Assembly: GCF_000315625.1 (NCBI RefSeq)
Contig: NW_005434671.1
Coordinates: 1,041,170 to 1,105,169 of the forward strand
Reading direction: 5' to 3'
Source of the DNA: Guillardia theta CCMP2712
Lineage: Eukaryota > Protista > Cryptophyta
Length of the DNA stretch: 64,000 bases
The notes beneath the pieces were generated by a model, which was not told the origin of the DNA, did not search any database, and worked only from the letters and a program-made list of their open reading frames with translations. Shown in pieces: positions 25,901-35,961 of this stretch. The position numbers and the translations under genes were made by a program. Within the stretch, counting starts at the first letter, position 1. The number at the start of each line of letters is the position of its first letter.

Positions 25901-28900
25901 TCAGTGGAGAACGGAGACGGAGAGGACAAGATGGTACGGCCGTTCCTGGTCCAACATCACGATAACTCGCTGCTAACTCGTCCTTACCGTTGAGAGCTTC
26001 AGGTCTAGCCCAACTCTCAATAACCTCACAGCATCTTCGGCCCACGGGCAGTGAGGAGATGTGAGGAGCTGGGGGTAGTTAGGAGTGCCGACGCTCTTCC
26101 TTCCAGCCTCCTTCCCTGCCGTCTCCACTCTGCTACCGTAGGCCTGAGCAAACCCAAGGAACTCCTGTGACTCGCGCAGTATCGCACAGTCTTGGCATCC
26201 CATCATGATGGCCTGAATGTAAAAGCAGCGTGAACGAAGAGAACAGGATGAGGAGAAAGGAGGAGAGCAGGATGAGGAGCAGGGCAGAGATGCAGAGGGG
26301 CAGGTGAGAGAGAGGAGAGGCGAGGAGAGGGAAAGGGAGCTGTAGACGGGAGACGATCACATGCTCAGCGCCCGTGCGGGAGGCGAAGCTTTCTCGAGGA
26401 AAGACAATAATGCGCTTGGATGCCACAAGCGCTTGTCCTATGAGAGGACCGGAGGAGATCGACCAAGTGTCGACCACGATGCTCACATGGCCCCTGAGAC
26501 CAGGAGGAGCGTCAGGGGCGGGGCTGAAGGAGAGCAACGAGAGCGTACAGGCGGTTCATGGCATCTACTTGCTGATCTGAGAAGGTACAAGAAGATGGCG
26601 AGTCAGTGACGAGAGGAGAGGTGAGGAGAGGAGAGGAGAAAAATGAAGCAGCAGAGAAGTAGAGAAGTAGAGGAGAGGACGGATAGAGGAGTGGAGGACA
26701 GGGGAGAGAAGCAGGGCAGTGGAGGGATAGGAGAGATGAGCATTGTGGTCCTCACCGACGCTGCAGACTGCATGCGAACTTGAACGATTGGAGCACAACT
26801 GGGGGAAGATGGCAGCCAGCTTGTCAACAGAGAGGCTGGGATGAGGAGGAAGGGAGAGGATAATGTTGCTTGACTTGCTCAGGCTTTCATCCACAACTTT
26901 CACAAGCTGATTGAAAGTCGTGAGATAACAAGCGCTCTCTTCCCCTTCTTCCTGGCTCAACACTTCCTGCCCTCTCCCACTTCGCTCTCCTCTCTCTTCT
27001 CCTCCCCATCCTCCTTCCTCCTCCCCATCCTCCTCACCCTCCTGCCTCCTCCAGATTCCGATGACTACCTCGTGAGATGTCGCTTGTGGAGGACCAAACA
27101 TTCCAAAAACCGTTCGATTCCTGCCAAGACGTTATCGACCTCCTCCCTCTCCGAGCTCCTTCACTTGTCATCTTCTCGCTTCTCCTCCTCGTGTGCTGCC
27201 GGCACACACGTGACGTGCGTGGAGCCGTGGAGGATCCTCGAGACGCAGGGAGGAAGATAACCTGACGGGAGGAGCAGGAGAGGACAAGGGCAGCGAGGAG
27301 AAAGGAAAAATTTCAGAGCGGCTCGAATGAGGATGTAAAGGGCAACCGAAGGTGTTGTAAGACAGCTTCTCCTTGTACAAGTGCTGCAACTCCGGCGGAG
27401 CAGAAATCTGTCGGAGGGTTCACTCTTGCAGAGCAGGGAGGGGACACGAGGACACGCAAATGACTGTTATCAGCACAAGGACCGCTGGCGTCACCTTGCC
27501 AGCAAGCAAGAAGTCGACGAGAACTTCACTGCCCATGGAGCCTCGATGGCCCAATGCTGTTACTTGAAGCAGACAGGGTCTGTGCGCCAGGATCTCGTTG
27601 CGGTTCCTTCCAGCAGTCAGAGAGGCAGGCAGGCAGGGAGTCAGGGAGGCAGGGAGGAGGAGGAATCATGAAGTTAAAAATCAGATGGATCAGGTTTGCG
27701 GGAAGATCATGTAGGGGAGGAGGAAGATGGCTGTGGGTGGCGGATGGTGGGTGACATGTTGAGCAGCCAGAAACACACATGACTACGAAAGATGGCATGA
27801 CATGTGATATGATATGATGTGATGTGTGGTGATGAGACGAGACGAGAGCAGATGCGATGGGATGGAAGGGAAGGGATGAGAGAGAACTGAAGGAGCTTAC
27901 TCACCGACGTTTCCATCCATCAAGGTTGACGAGAACGTGAACTTGGTCCTCATTGATCCTCCGAGCATCCTCGTAAGAGTTAGCTCGACCAATAACCACC
28001 TGTGAGATGTCATCGGAGAAACATCATTAGCTGTTGAGATTTTTCATCACCTCTCGCAGCTTGTTCGGCCGGTGTCCCAGCTCATCGAAGAAATCAACAG
28101 ACTCGCTCGTCTCCTCCCCTTCCTCACTGTCCACAACGGGATTCTTGCACCAGTCGTACAGGATCGTCTCATGCAGATGTCGCAATGAAGCCTGATTGCT
28201 CGTTGTCACTCGCAGAATGCTGATCAACGCGCTGATATCTGCTCCTCTCATCTCTTGGCTGTTGGGATCACCAAAGTCAGAATGCTTCATCGCCCACTGC
28301 CTCTCGTTTCCTCCTTCCCTCTCCTCCTCCTCCTCCTCCTCCTCTCCTCCTCCTCCTCCTCCTCCTCCTCCTCCTCCTCCTCCTCCTCCTCCTCCTCCTC
28401 CTCCTCCTCCTCCTCCTCCTCCGTGTCTGGCTCGCCTGCAAAGGAGGAAACCCAGTCGCAGGGCAGGTGGAGCAGAAAAGTGCGACGGGATCAAAGAGGG
28501 AAGATGCTGAAAGATCGAGTGAGTCCGCTGGACTCTGTAAGGAACGACTGGTCAGAGGTGGAGGAGACGGGGGGTGGGGGGCAAGGGGGCAAGAGGAGAA
28601 GAGGAGGCGACGAGAAAGGGAAAAGGGGAGGAGAGGAAGGGGAAAGGAGAGAAAGAGAGGGAAGGAGGAGAACACAAGAACAAACAACAACAGAAGATGC
28701 AAAACAACAGACAACAAAAAACGTCGAAACCAGCTACAGAGGAACCTAAAGAGCTACTGGCTCCCTCCCCAAGGCGCAACCCTCTCCCTCTCCTTCCCCC
28801 TTCCCTACTCCCCCTCTCCCTCTCCCTCACCTCTGCATCGCATACAACTCCGTCATCCTTGCAAGTCGTCGCTGGTCAACATCGAGGTGCTGGACCATCC

Positions 28901-30361
28901 ACGGAGGGCTGGACTCCTCCTCCAGCATCACCCCCACCTGACTCAAGTCCTCTATCCCAGCTGTGAGGTCCAGGAGGCATGCTCTGGTGTACAGGCTGTC
29001 CATCTTGACGGAGCTCATCTCAAGGGAAGGATTCATCTGGTTCACCTCATCACACACTTCAACGCGCATGTCAAATTCCTCGCCTCCATGGCGGCGGAGA
29101 AGGAGGAGTTAGCCTCCGCAAACAGCCCCAGCAGCATCTCAGCAGTTCCAAGGTCGACGAGCTGCCAGGGATCTTGCTTGCACTCGTCCGGCCGGGGATG
29201 AAACGTGCATTCACAGCGATGAAGCGCCGTCCTCAAGACCGTGAGGGCATCTGCGTACCTGCCGAGCTGCAGGGCCGTCAGTGGGAGCCGCTCGACCCTC
29301 CTGCTCACCTCTAGGAGCATGCGGCCCAAGGAAGAGAATACATCGCATCCCCCGTAAAGAGATTGTTTTGAGATGAGGCTCGTAGCCGTTCGCATCGCAT
29401 CGATGGCACACTTGTACTCCTCAACCTCGAAGCATTCTTCTCCCAGGTACCGATGAGCGTCCGAGTTGTTGGGATTGATCAACGTAGCGTTAGCAAACGA
29501 CTCTGCCGCTGCCCGATGCTGCTCAAGGCGAGCATAGGCCCCTCCCAGGTAGAACCAGGACTCGAAGGAGGAGGGCTCTACTTCCGCAGACAGCCTCAGG
29601 AGCTCCACTGCCTCACTCGCATTGTTTGCTCGAAGGTAAACACCCGCCAGGTTTCGCAGGACGGCAGGATGATTCCGCTCAATGCTGAGCGCAAGTTTGA
29701 AGTTGTAGATCGCCTCCTCGTCCTTCATCATGTCATAGTACAAGAGTCCCATCGAGTTGTACACTGCCCACTTGCTCTTTCCCTTCCTCGTCTTCACAAC
29801 CTTCTGGTACGCCGCTATCGCTTCCTCTGCTCTCCCTACCTGCACGAAGGAGGTGGCTGCGTTGTAGTAGTTGCGCATGATGTCCTCCTCCTTATCTTGG
29901 CTCTTGCCTCCCTTCTCAAACAGCTCTGCTGCCAGCAAGAACTCATCCGCCGCCTCCGTGAAGTTGTGCCCCTGAGCGAGACGCTCGGCATGAATCGATC
30001 TCAACATGGGGTCCCGAGGAGCGAGAGAAAGAGATGCGCGGAAAGCTATATCAGCATCCTCGGTCTTGTTCACGTCCGTGTGGGATCGGAAGGCCCAGTA
30101 GTGACAGGCGCAGTTGTCAGCAAACTTTCCCTCCTCGACGCCATTACAGCTGCCCTTGAACCATGCCGATGCCTTCTCCCCTTCGTTGGCGTAAACCAGT
30201 TTCATCCCCTCCACGATCATCTCTATCTCTGCTGGAACCAGACATTCTTCGCGTCCTGCTCTCTCTCCCCCCTCCTTCGCTGTCTCGCCATCAGCAGGTG
30301 CGACGGAGGCAAGCAGGGCGGAAGAGAGTAGGCAAACCAGGGCAGCCACAAACCTCCCCAT
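25901..30361 (-). CDS. TPR-containing O-GlcNAc transferase/SPINDLY-like (GT41) protein with N-terminal signal peptide
   Basis: MGRFVAALVCLLSSALLASVAPA; multiple TPRs (YNSMGLLYY, LRNLAGVYL, WFYLGGAY); GT41-like ARRINEDQVHVLVNLDGW, VVDTWSISSGPLIGQALVASKRIIVFPRESFASR; last exon ERPYHLVLSVSVLH*. Confidence 0.75.
28320..28420. repeat. (TCC)n microsatellite, probably inside a GC-AG intron of the GT41 gene
   Basis: About 33 TCC units with one interruption. Confidence 0.9.
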
Positions 30362-30956
30362 GCCCCTCTGACCCTAGACGGGCAGCCAGTGAGGATGGAG
30401 AGGAGGAAGAAAGGGGAAGGAGCAGATAAGGGGTCGGATAAGAGTCAAACGGAAGAAGCTAGTGATGTGCAGAGGGGGTTAAGGGGAGGCAGAGAGGAGT
30501 GATAGAGAAAAGTCGGAGAGGGAGGAAGGCGGGGAGAGGAGGGTCAGTGAGCAAAGGGCAAGGAGCAAGGAGCAAGGAGCGATGTTCAACTTCTCCTCAG
30601 CAGTAGAGGAAGCAAGCTTGCGCCATCTTCGAGCAACGCGCCGCCGTCTTGTCGCCTTGCCGGCATACCGCAACTTCCAGGTCGCAAATTTCAGTGATGA
30701 GGCGGATTTGTTGCTCCTTTCCCTCCAGCAATGGCTTCGGGCGCCGCCGTCCATTGCTCGCCTCCCTTCCTGTTCACTTCCTCCCTCATACCCTCGTCCT
30801 CCTCTCCCTGTTCCTCGTTCCTCCAACGCTCAGCTCCTCTCATCCCCTCCGTCCTCAACCCCGACTTCCTGCTCCTGCTTGCGCCAGCAACCTGATCCCT
30901 GCGCACAACCGAACACAGTCACCTTGTGGGTTCTTGCTGCGTCATCTCAAGGCGCC

Positions 30957-31325
30957 ATGCTGCTGGTGCTCGGATTCCTCTCTCTCTCCTTCATCGGCAT
31001 GTTTGCCTTCTCCGTCCTGGTTGCGATGACGATCAGCGCGCCATGCTGCCTCATCGCCTGGCCCATCATTTTCGTTTGTGTTGCATTCCTGCTTCCATTA
31101 ACTCTCGCCGCATTTCTGTCCCTGGTATCAGTCGCGTTCATCCTCAAACTCTCCTTCTTCTCCTCCTCCAAACGAGCTGAACCATCCCAGGGAAGGCTGA
31201 CGGCTGTGTCAGCGGATGATTCGCACATTCGAGCCCGCATCAAGTTGCTGATGGAGAAGGCAAGGAGAGCTCCGGCGCTGATGATCTTTTTCGGGGGGCT
31301 GCCGACTGCTGGTTCTCACAAGTGA
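30957..31325 (+). CDS. Small protein with ~60-aa uninterrupted hydrophobic hairpin (oleosin/promethin-like)
   Basis: MLLVLGFLSLSFIGMFAFSVLVAMTISAPCCLIAWPIIFVCVAFLLPLTLAAFLSLVSVAFIL followed by a polar amphipathic tail; ATG at 30957 within ORF 30582-31325. Confidence 0.6.
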   Translation: MLLVLGFLSLSFIGMFAFSVLVAMTISAPCCLIAWPIIFVCVAFLLPLTLAAFLSLVSVAFILKLSFFSSSKRAEPSQGRLTAVSADDSHIRARIKLLMEKARRAPALMIFFGGLPTAGSHK

Positions 31326-31421
31326 AGCTCGTCCTACAGCACCTCTCAGCAGGACTAGAAGGACAAGGATTGGAGATCAAACGAAAGGCCCAAGTTTTCA
31401 ATGCAACCCATTGGCAAGGTG

Positions 31422-31490
31422 GAGACCTTGTTTATGTTTCAAAGATTGAGACCTTGTTTATGTTTGAAGATTGAGACCTTGTTTATGTTT
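31422..31490. repeat. Three copies of GAGACCTTGTTTATGTTT between convergent genes
   Basis: Copies near 31422, 31448 and 31473. Confidence 0.85.
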
Positions 31491-31543
31491 CATGTTAATG
31501 TTCAATCATTCTCGGAAAAATCATCTCTTGGCTAGGGAGAGAA

Positions 31544-33496
31544 TCACCAAGATTGAAGCAAAGAATCGATTTCCGTCCAGAATCGCCTCAACACAGCTTC
31601 CTCAAGGACTCTTAGTCGCCCTCTTTCCCTCCGCCTGTGCGCCCTCCTGCTCCTCTGTCGCTGTCGCGCGGGGGCATCGGAGGGATCGAAGGCGGGGCCA
31701 GTCTGACAGGACGGGTTGCACATGCTGCCGCATCGGTCGAAGAGAACTTTCGGTCCTTCAGAGATACCCAGCCAGTTAGCGATGACGTCCTTGAAGCCCA
31801 GGCCGTCGATGACGGGCTGACAAGAGCGTGAGCAGAAGCTTGCGTCTGCACACCTTTCTCACCTGACCCACTGTGAAGTTGTCGTGAATGAAGCAGGCGG
31901 GAGCAAAGACTCCGTTGTGCTTGACGTCAGAGGAATAAAACTGCTTGCAAACGTCACACAAGAACAAACATACTGCTCTGAAACAACGCACAGCATGCAA
32001 GGCCTGTGTCATATTCTGTTGATATTCATGGATGTAATCGTAGACTTCCTTGGACCAATAACTAACACTCATGGGGATGCGATTGTGCCATTGCAGTTGC
32101 TGTTGTTCCTAGTTACCACATTATAGATGCAGGAAAGAGAATACCGCTTGATCGGACAAGGATTCAGCAGCGAACATCGGCGATTTCACAAATGGAAACT
32201 ATAAACCAGATTAGAGACCATGATCCCACCTCACTATGTTCGCATCCACCGAGTAGTTGGAAACCATACAGGCCCACGAAAAATTCCCAAGAGCGGTGGC
32301 GCATTCCTGATTCATGTAAGCGTTCCACAGCTTCACCTGTCAGAGGGTCAAGGAAACTTTCGCCCTTTCCCGTCTACTCACGTAGTTGGCCCATGAAGAC
32401 TCGGTGAAGTCTGACAGCCCTGCATCCATCGCGTCAATGTCGGCCAACGAACTCGAGGGAAGAACCAAAGGAAGGATCCTCTGCGTGAGGCCCATCATAG
32501 GGATATGAGAAGGCATAGTAGCCGGCGATGGCAACTCCTACAACTTGAGCCTTCTTGTAGCGTTGCGCCAGCATGTCCACGTGCAGCCAGACGCCCATCC
32601 CTCCTGCACTGTTGCCTGCAGTTGATGTGAGGAACCCGACGTGGTCAGATAGCAAGTCAACCCGACAAGATGATCAGTTCTGCATCTGCAAAGACAGTAA
32701 GCTTGCCATCTTGATCGAGGAATTAACAACTCACTCTTCAACCCGAGATCGTCGAGCCTGTTCAAAACGGCCTTGAAGATGAAATGCCCAGCATAGATCA
32801 CGTTCAGGTTTCCTGTCAAACTTGGAGAGCGTTACAGACATGACAAGTCACATGACGTGATATACTTGGTCCAGTTTGTCTGCCGACCAGACCAGAGATC
32901 TTGCGAGCAGTATGGAAGCCAAACATGATTGAAGCCAAAGAAGTCTGGGTTCGAATCCGAACTCCCATCGCACAGCCACCACCCAAACTTTCCCCAACTC
33001 GCTTCCACTGATGACTGGTTTGCACATCCCGAAGAGTCCCATGTGAGGTTGATCTCCGGGGGAAAGAACTTTGATGACGCCAACGGCTGTTCAAAAGCCT
33101 TCACAAGGGTGAACCAACCGAAGGCAGCACAGAACTCACAGCATTCAGCTTACGCGAACACTCGCTAGCAGAGACGCATTCTCCACCTGACAAGAAACCC
33201 TGAGATGAACATGTGACGCAGAAAAACGAGCACCTCCTTGGAGATGTATGATCCAAGAGTTCTTCTTCGAGGCCAACTGCGAGGAACGAAAGTAGAAACC
33301 CGCGTTTGATCCATCCAGGCATCTTTTGCACGCACAGGAATCTCAGCGTATGCCCGCTTGCAGCACAAGCTCGTTGAGGTGAAGGTCCTGACCTTGCAAG
33401 AGGATCGTCCAAAAGTCTCAGACGAACAGCTTGGAGAGTCGCCTGCGGAAGAACGAGCACGAGGAAGAGCGCTACTGCTCCGCTCGTCGCCTTCAT
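31544..33496 (-). CDS. Secreted pectin acetylesterase/Notum family hydrolase
   Basis: Signal peptide MKATSGAVALFLVLVLPQATLQA; CLDGS.AGFY, WIIHLQGGGEC, NHVWLPYCSQDLWSG, nucleophile G-NSAGG, ACFIH, C-terminal CNPSC. Confidence 0.9.
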
Positions 33497-33841
33497 CCCT
33501 GCATGAGAAAGAGAATTAGATTATGAACAGAAGAAGCAGGAGAAGGAAACCGTGAGTTCTACGACATGAACTTTGCAGGCATTCACCCCCTCGTGTCACG
33601 TGACCTGTAAACAACTCACTACAACCTTGTTTATATTCGCGAGACTTTCTTGCTGCCATCATGTCTTCGAGGTTTTCCATGTCTTCTAGCCTCCTCTCCC
33701 TCTCATCTCATCGCTTTCTCACCCTCGATCCATCCTCTACGCGGCTCCCCACCTCTGCCTCCCCCCTCCGCTCTGCCATCGCTTTCCCGGCATTCCAAAA
33801 CAGTAGGCGTAGGAGACCGCAAGGAGCAGGTATAACCATAT

Positions 33842-33877
33842 TGTAATGCTTTTAGACGGCCATCTAAAAGCATTACA
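33842..33877. repeat. Perfect 15-bp inverted repeat (hairpin)
   Basis: TGTAATGCTTTTAGA-cggcca-TCTAAAAGCATTACA. Confidence 0.9.
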
Positions 33878-34194
33878 TTTCATAGATGCCGATCAGCGCG
33901 GCGTACTCGCCGTCGGAGCCGGGCTGCGGCCGGGCCGCGCCGTGTCACTCTCCTTCACATGAGTGCAAGTTCCGACTCGGCCGGCACGGGCAGCAGTAGA
34001 GCAAACTGAATGATGCGTAGTGGAAGCACGGGGAGAATGCATTCAGGCGATTTCAAGTGAACGGAATACTAGTATTCATCAGGTCACAGGAAAACTACAA
34101 TCTAAAACGTGGAAAATACAGAGAGCCTGTATGCATCAATGCTCAAAAGAAAGGTAATTGGGAATTGCAAAACAAGAAAAACACCATGGGTAGG

Positions 34195-35094
34195 TTACAG
34201 GTCACTCACAAACCGGTTATCAAATCTCTCGTCGGATAACCGGCATTCATCCGATATCCCGAAGAAGTTGTAGCGGTTATCAGCAACAAAGTCGTAGAAG
34301 ACATCTCGCACTGGGGAAGGAACAATCTTCAAAGCTGTCGTAGACACAACAGGGGCCAATGGCCACAGAACCGTTCCTTGGCCAAGGCCCTGGAAACGAG
34401 TCAGAGGGGAAGCGAACAGGCTGATTGCAAACCTTTCCGATCCTCAGAATCGCCTCACTCTTGACGTAAGTCTTGCCATCCTCACATGCAAGAACGATGC
34501 TTGATATGTCGTCTGGTCTCCTTCCTCCCCGTTGCAACAGAGCTCTTCCAACTTCTGACTGCAACGCTGCAAACCGGAAGTTTCCTCGCAACTGAGTCGG
34601 GTTGTCCCAATCTAGCATCTGAAGACCATGAATCAGAAGCCTTTACATCCCCATCCTCTATCAGAAGTCATCTCATTTTTCTTACAAAATTCACTCCTCC
34701 GTTGCAAAGATTGCAGACGCCGTCGTAAAGTATCACCGGCCTCGAATCTTTCTCAAAAACCTTTCGGACGATTTCTTGCCACGATGGTGAGGCCATTTCA
34801 CCTTGCGCTGAAAGAAGGCAGTAAGAATCAGAAATCTTAGTGAGATGGAGTAGAGTGACAGCAAGAGATATCCGGACAGCGGAGAGACGATCTAAGAAGG
34901 GACAAACAACCTGTGGCGCTTGCCTTGCATGTTAACCCTGTATATCTGGTGATGCAAGCATTGGTCCTGGAGAGACCCTGTTCTCTTATATTGCGTACAG
35001 CCTTCGAGCAATGTGACACAGCATGGAAACTGGAGCATGGCACAACCAGTAACAAGAGGAGCGCTGCCGTCATTGGCTCCTTGGTTCCTGCCAT
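34195..35094 (-). CDS. DCC1-like (DUF393) thiol-disulfide oxidoreductase, predicted plastid-stroma targeted
   Basis: Signal peptide AALLLLLVVPCSS followed by F and a basic/Ser transit peptide; VILYDGVCNLCNGGVNF, FRFAALQS, YVKSEAILRI, RDVFYDFVADNRYNFFG..C; start 35094 or 35073. Confidence 0.9.
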
Positions 35095-35961
35095 CTTTCC
35101 CTTTATACCTCTGAACCCATTCTTTTCACTCAACTTCCGCGGGCCCAGTGGCGAGTTGTCACTGGGCCGGCGGTCCGTCACCTCAGTGACCGTACGCCGT
35201 CCGACGGCGACGGTCGGTCCGGGGGGGGGGGGGGGGGGGTGCCGCGGCCGCTATTGGCCGCTGAGCCTGGACTGACCGTCGCGGCGGCCCCGCGGCCTCG
35301 CCGTCCGATCATGATCAGCCGCCGCGCCTCAGGCCCGGGCTGCCATGATCGTGTCGGAGACTCAGAGCTTGGAGGCAGATTCGCACTTGATGAGTCCGAT
35401 CCCCTGTGATTTTAGTCATCTCGTGCGCTGTACGGTACTACTAGTATTAGTCCTCGTACTGATTTTCACTTAACTTTGAGTAAAGTAGTACCACAGGCTG
35501 GGCCCGGTACGGTAGTAACTCGTCCGACTCCGGGCGTCACAGTACCCCTATTTCCCTCCCATGATAGTAGTCTCATCCACCCGGTCCTACACCCCCATCA
35601 CTCTCGCATTTCAGCCCGCCTCCGCCGGAGCCGGCAGGGCCCGGGGCACTACGGCATGGGGGGTGGGGGTCCTCTGCCAGAGACGTTCGGTGCCCCGCTT
35701 GAAATGCCGACCGTACCGCCATTGCTGCGACAGCGCGAGATGAAGCGACGATGAATGAAGTAGAGCGAAGAATGACATCTGAAACCAGGAAGATGAGCGA
35801 CACATTCCGTGTGCCATGTGAGGAATGACTGCAACAACGGGCCCTTTCTGACTTGCTTGCCTCGTGAAAGCTGCAAATCAATCTGACTGTAAAACCAAGG
35901 CTTCTGCGGGTTCGAAGTAGGGTTTTTCTCTTGACAACTTCGGAACAGCTCGGCCATCACT

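Noticed and set aside
28262-28285. HSDFGDP resembling the OGT SSDFGNHP motif
   Set aside because: Probably the intron 3' end (CTGAC branch point before CAG), so it cannot be trusted as coding
31422-31490. Short repeats with spacers, CRISPR-like
   Set aside because: Only three copies with 6-8 nt spacers, eukaryotic context, no cas genes
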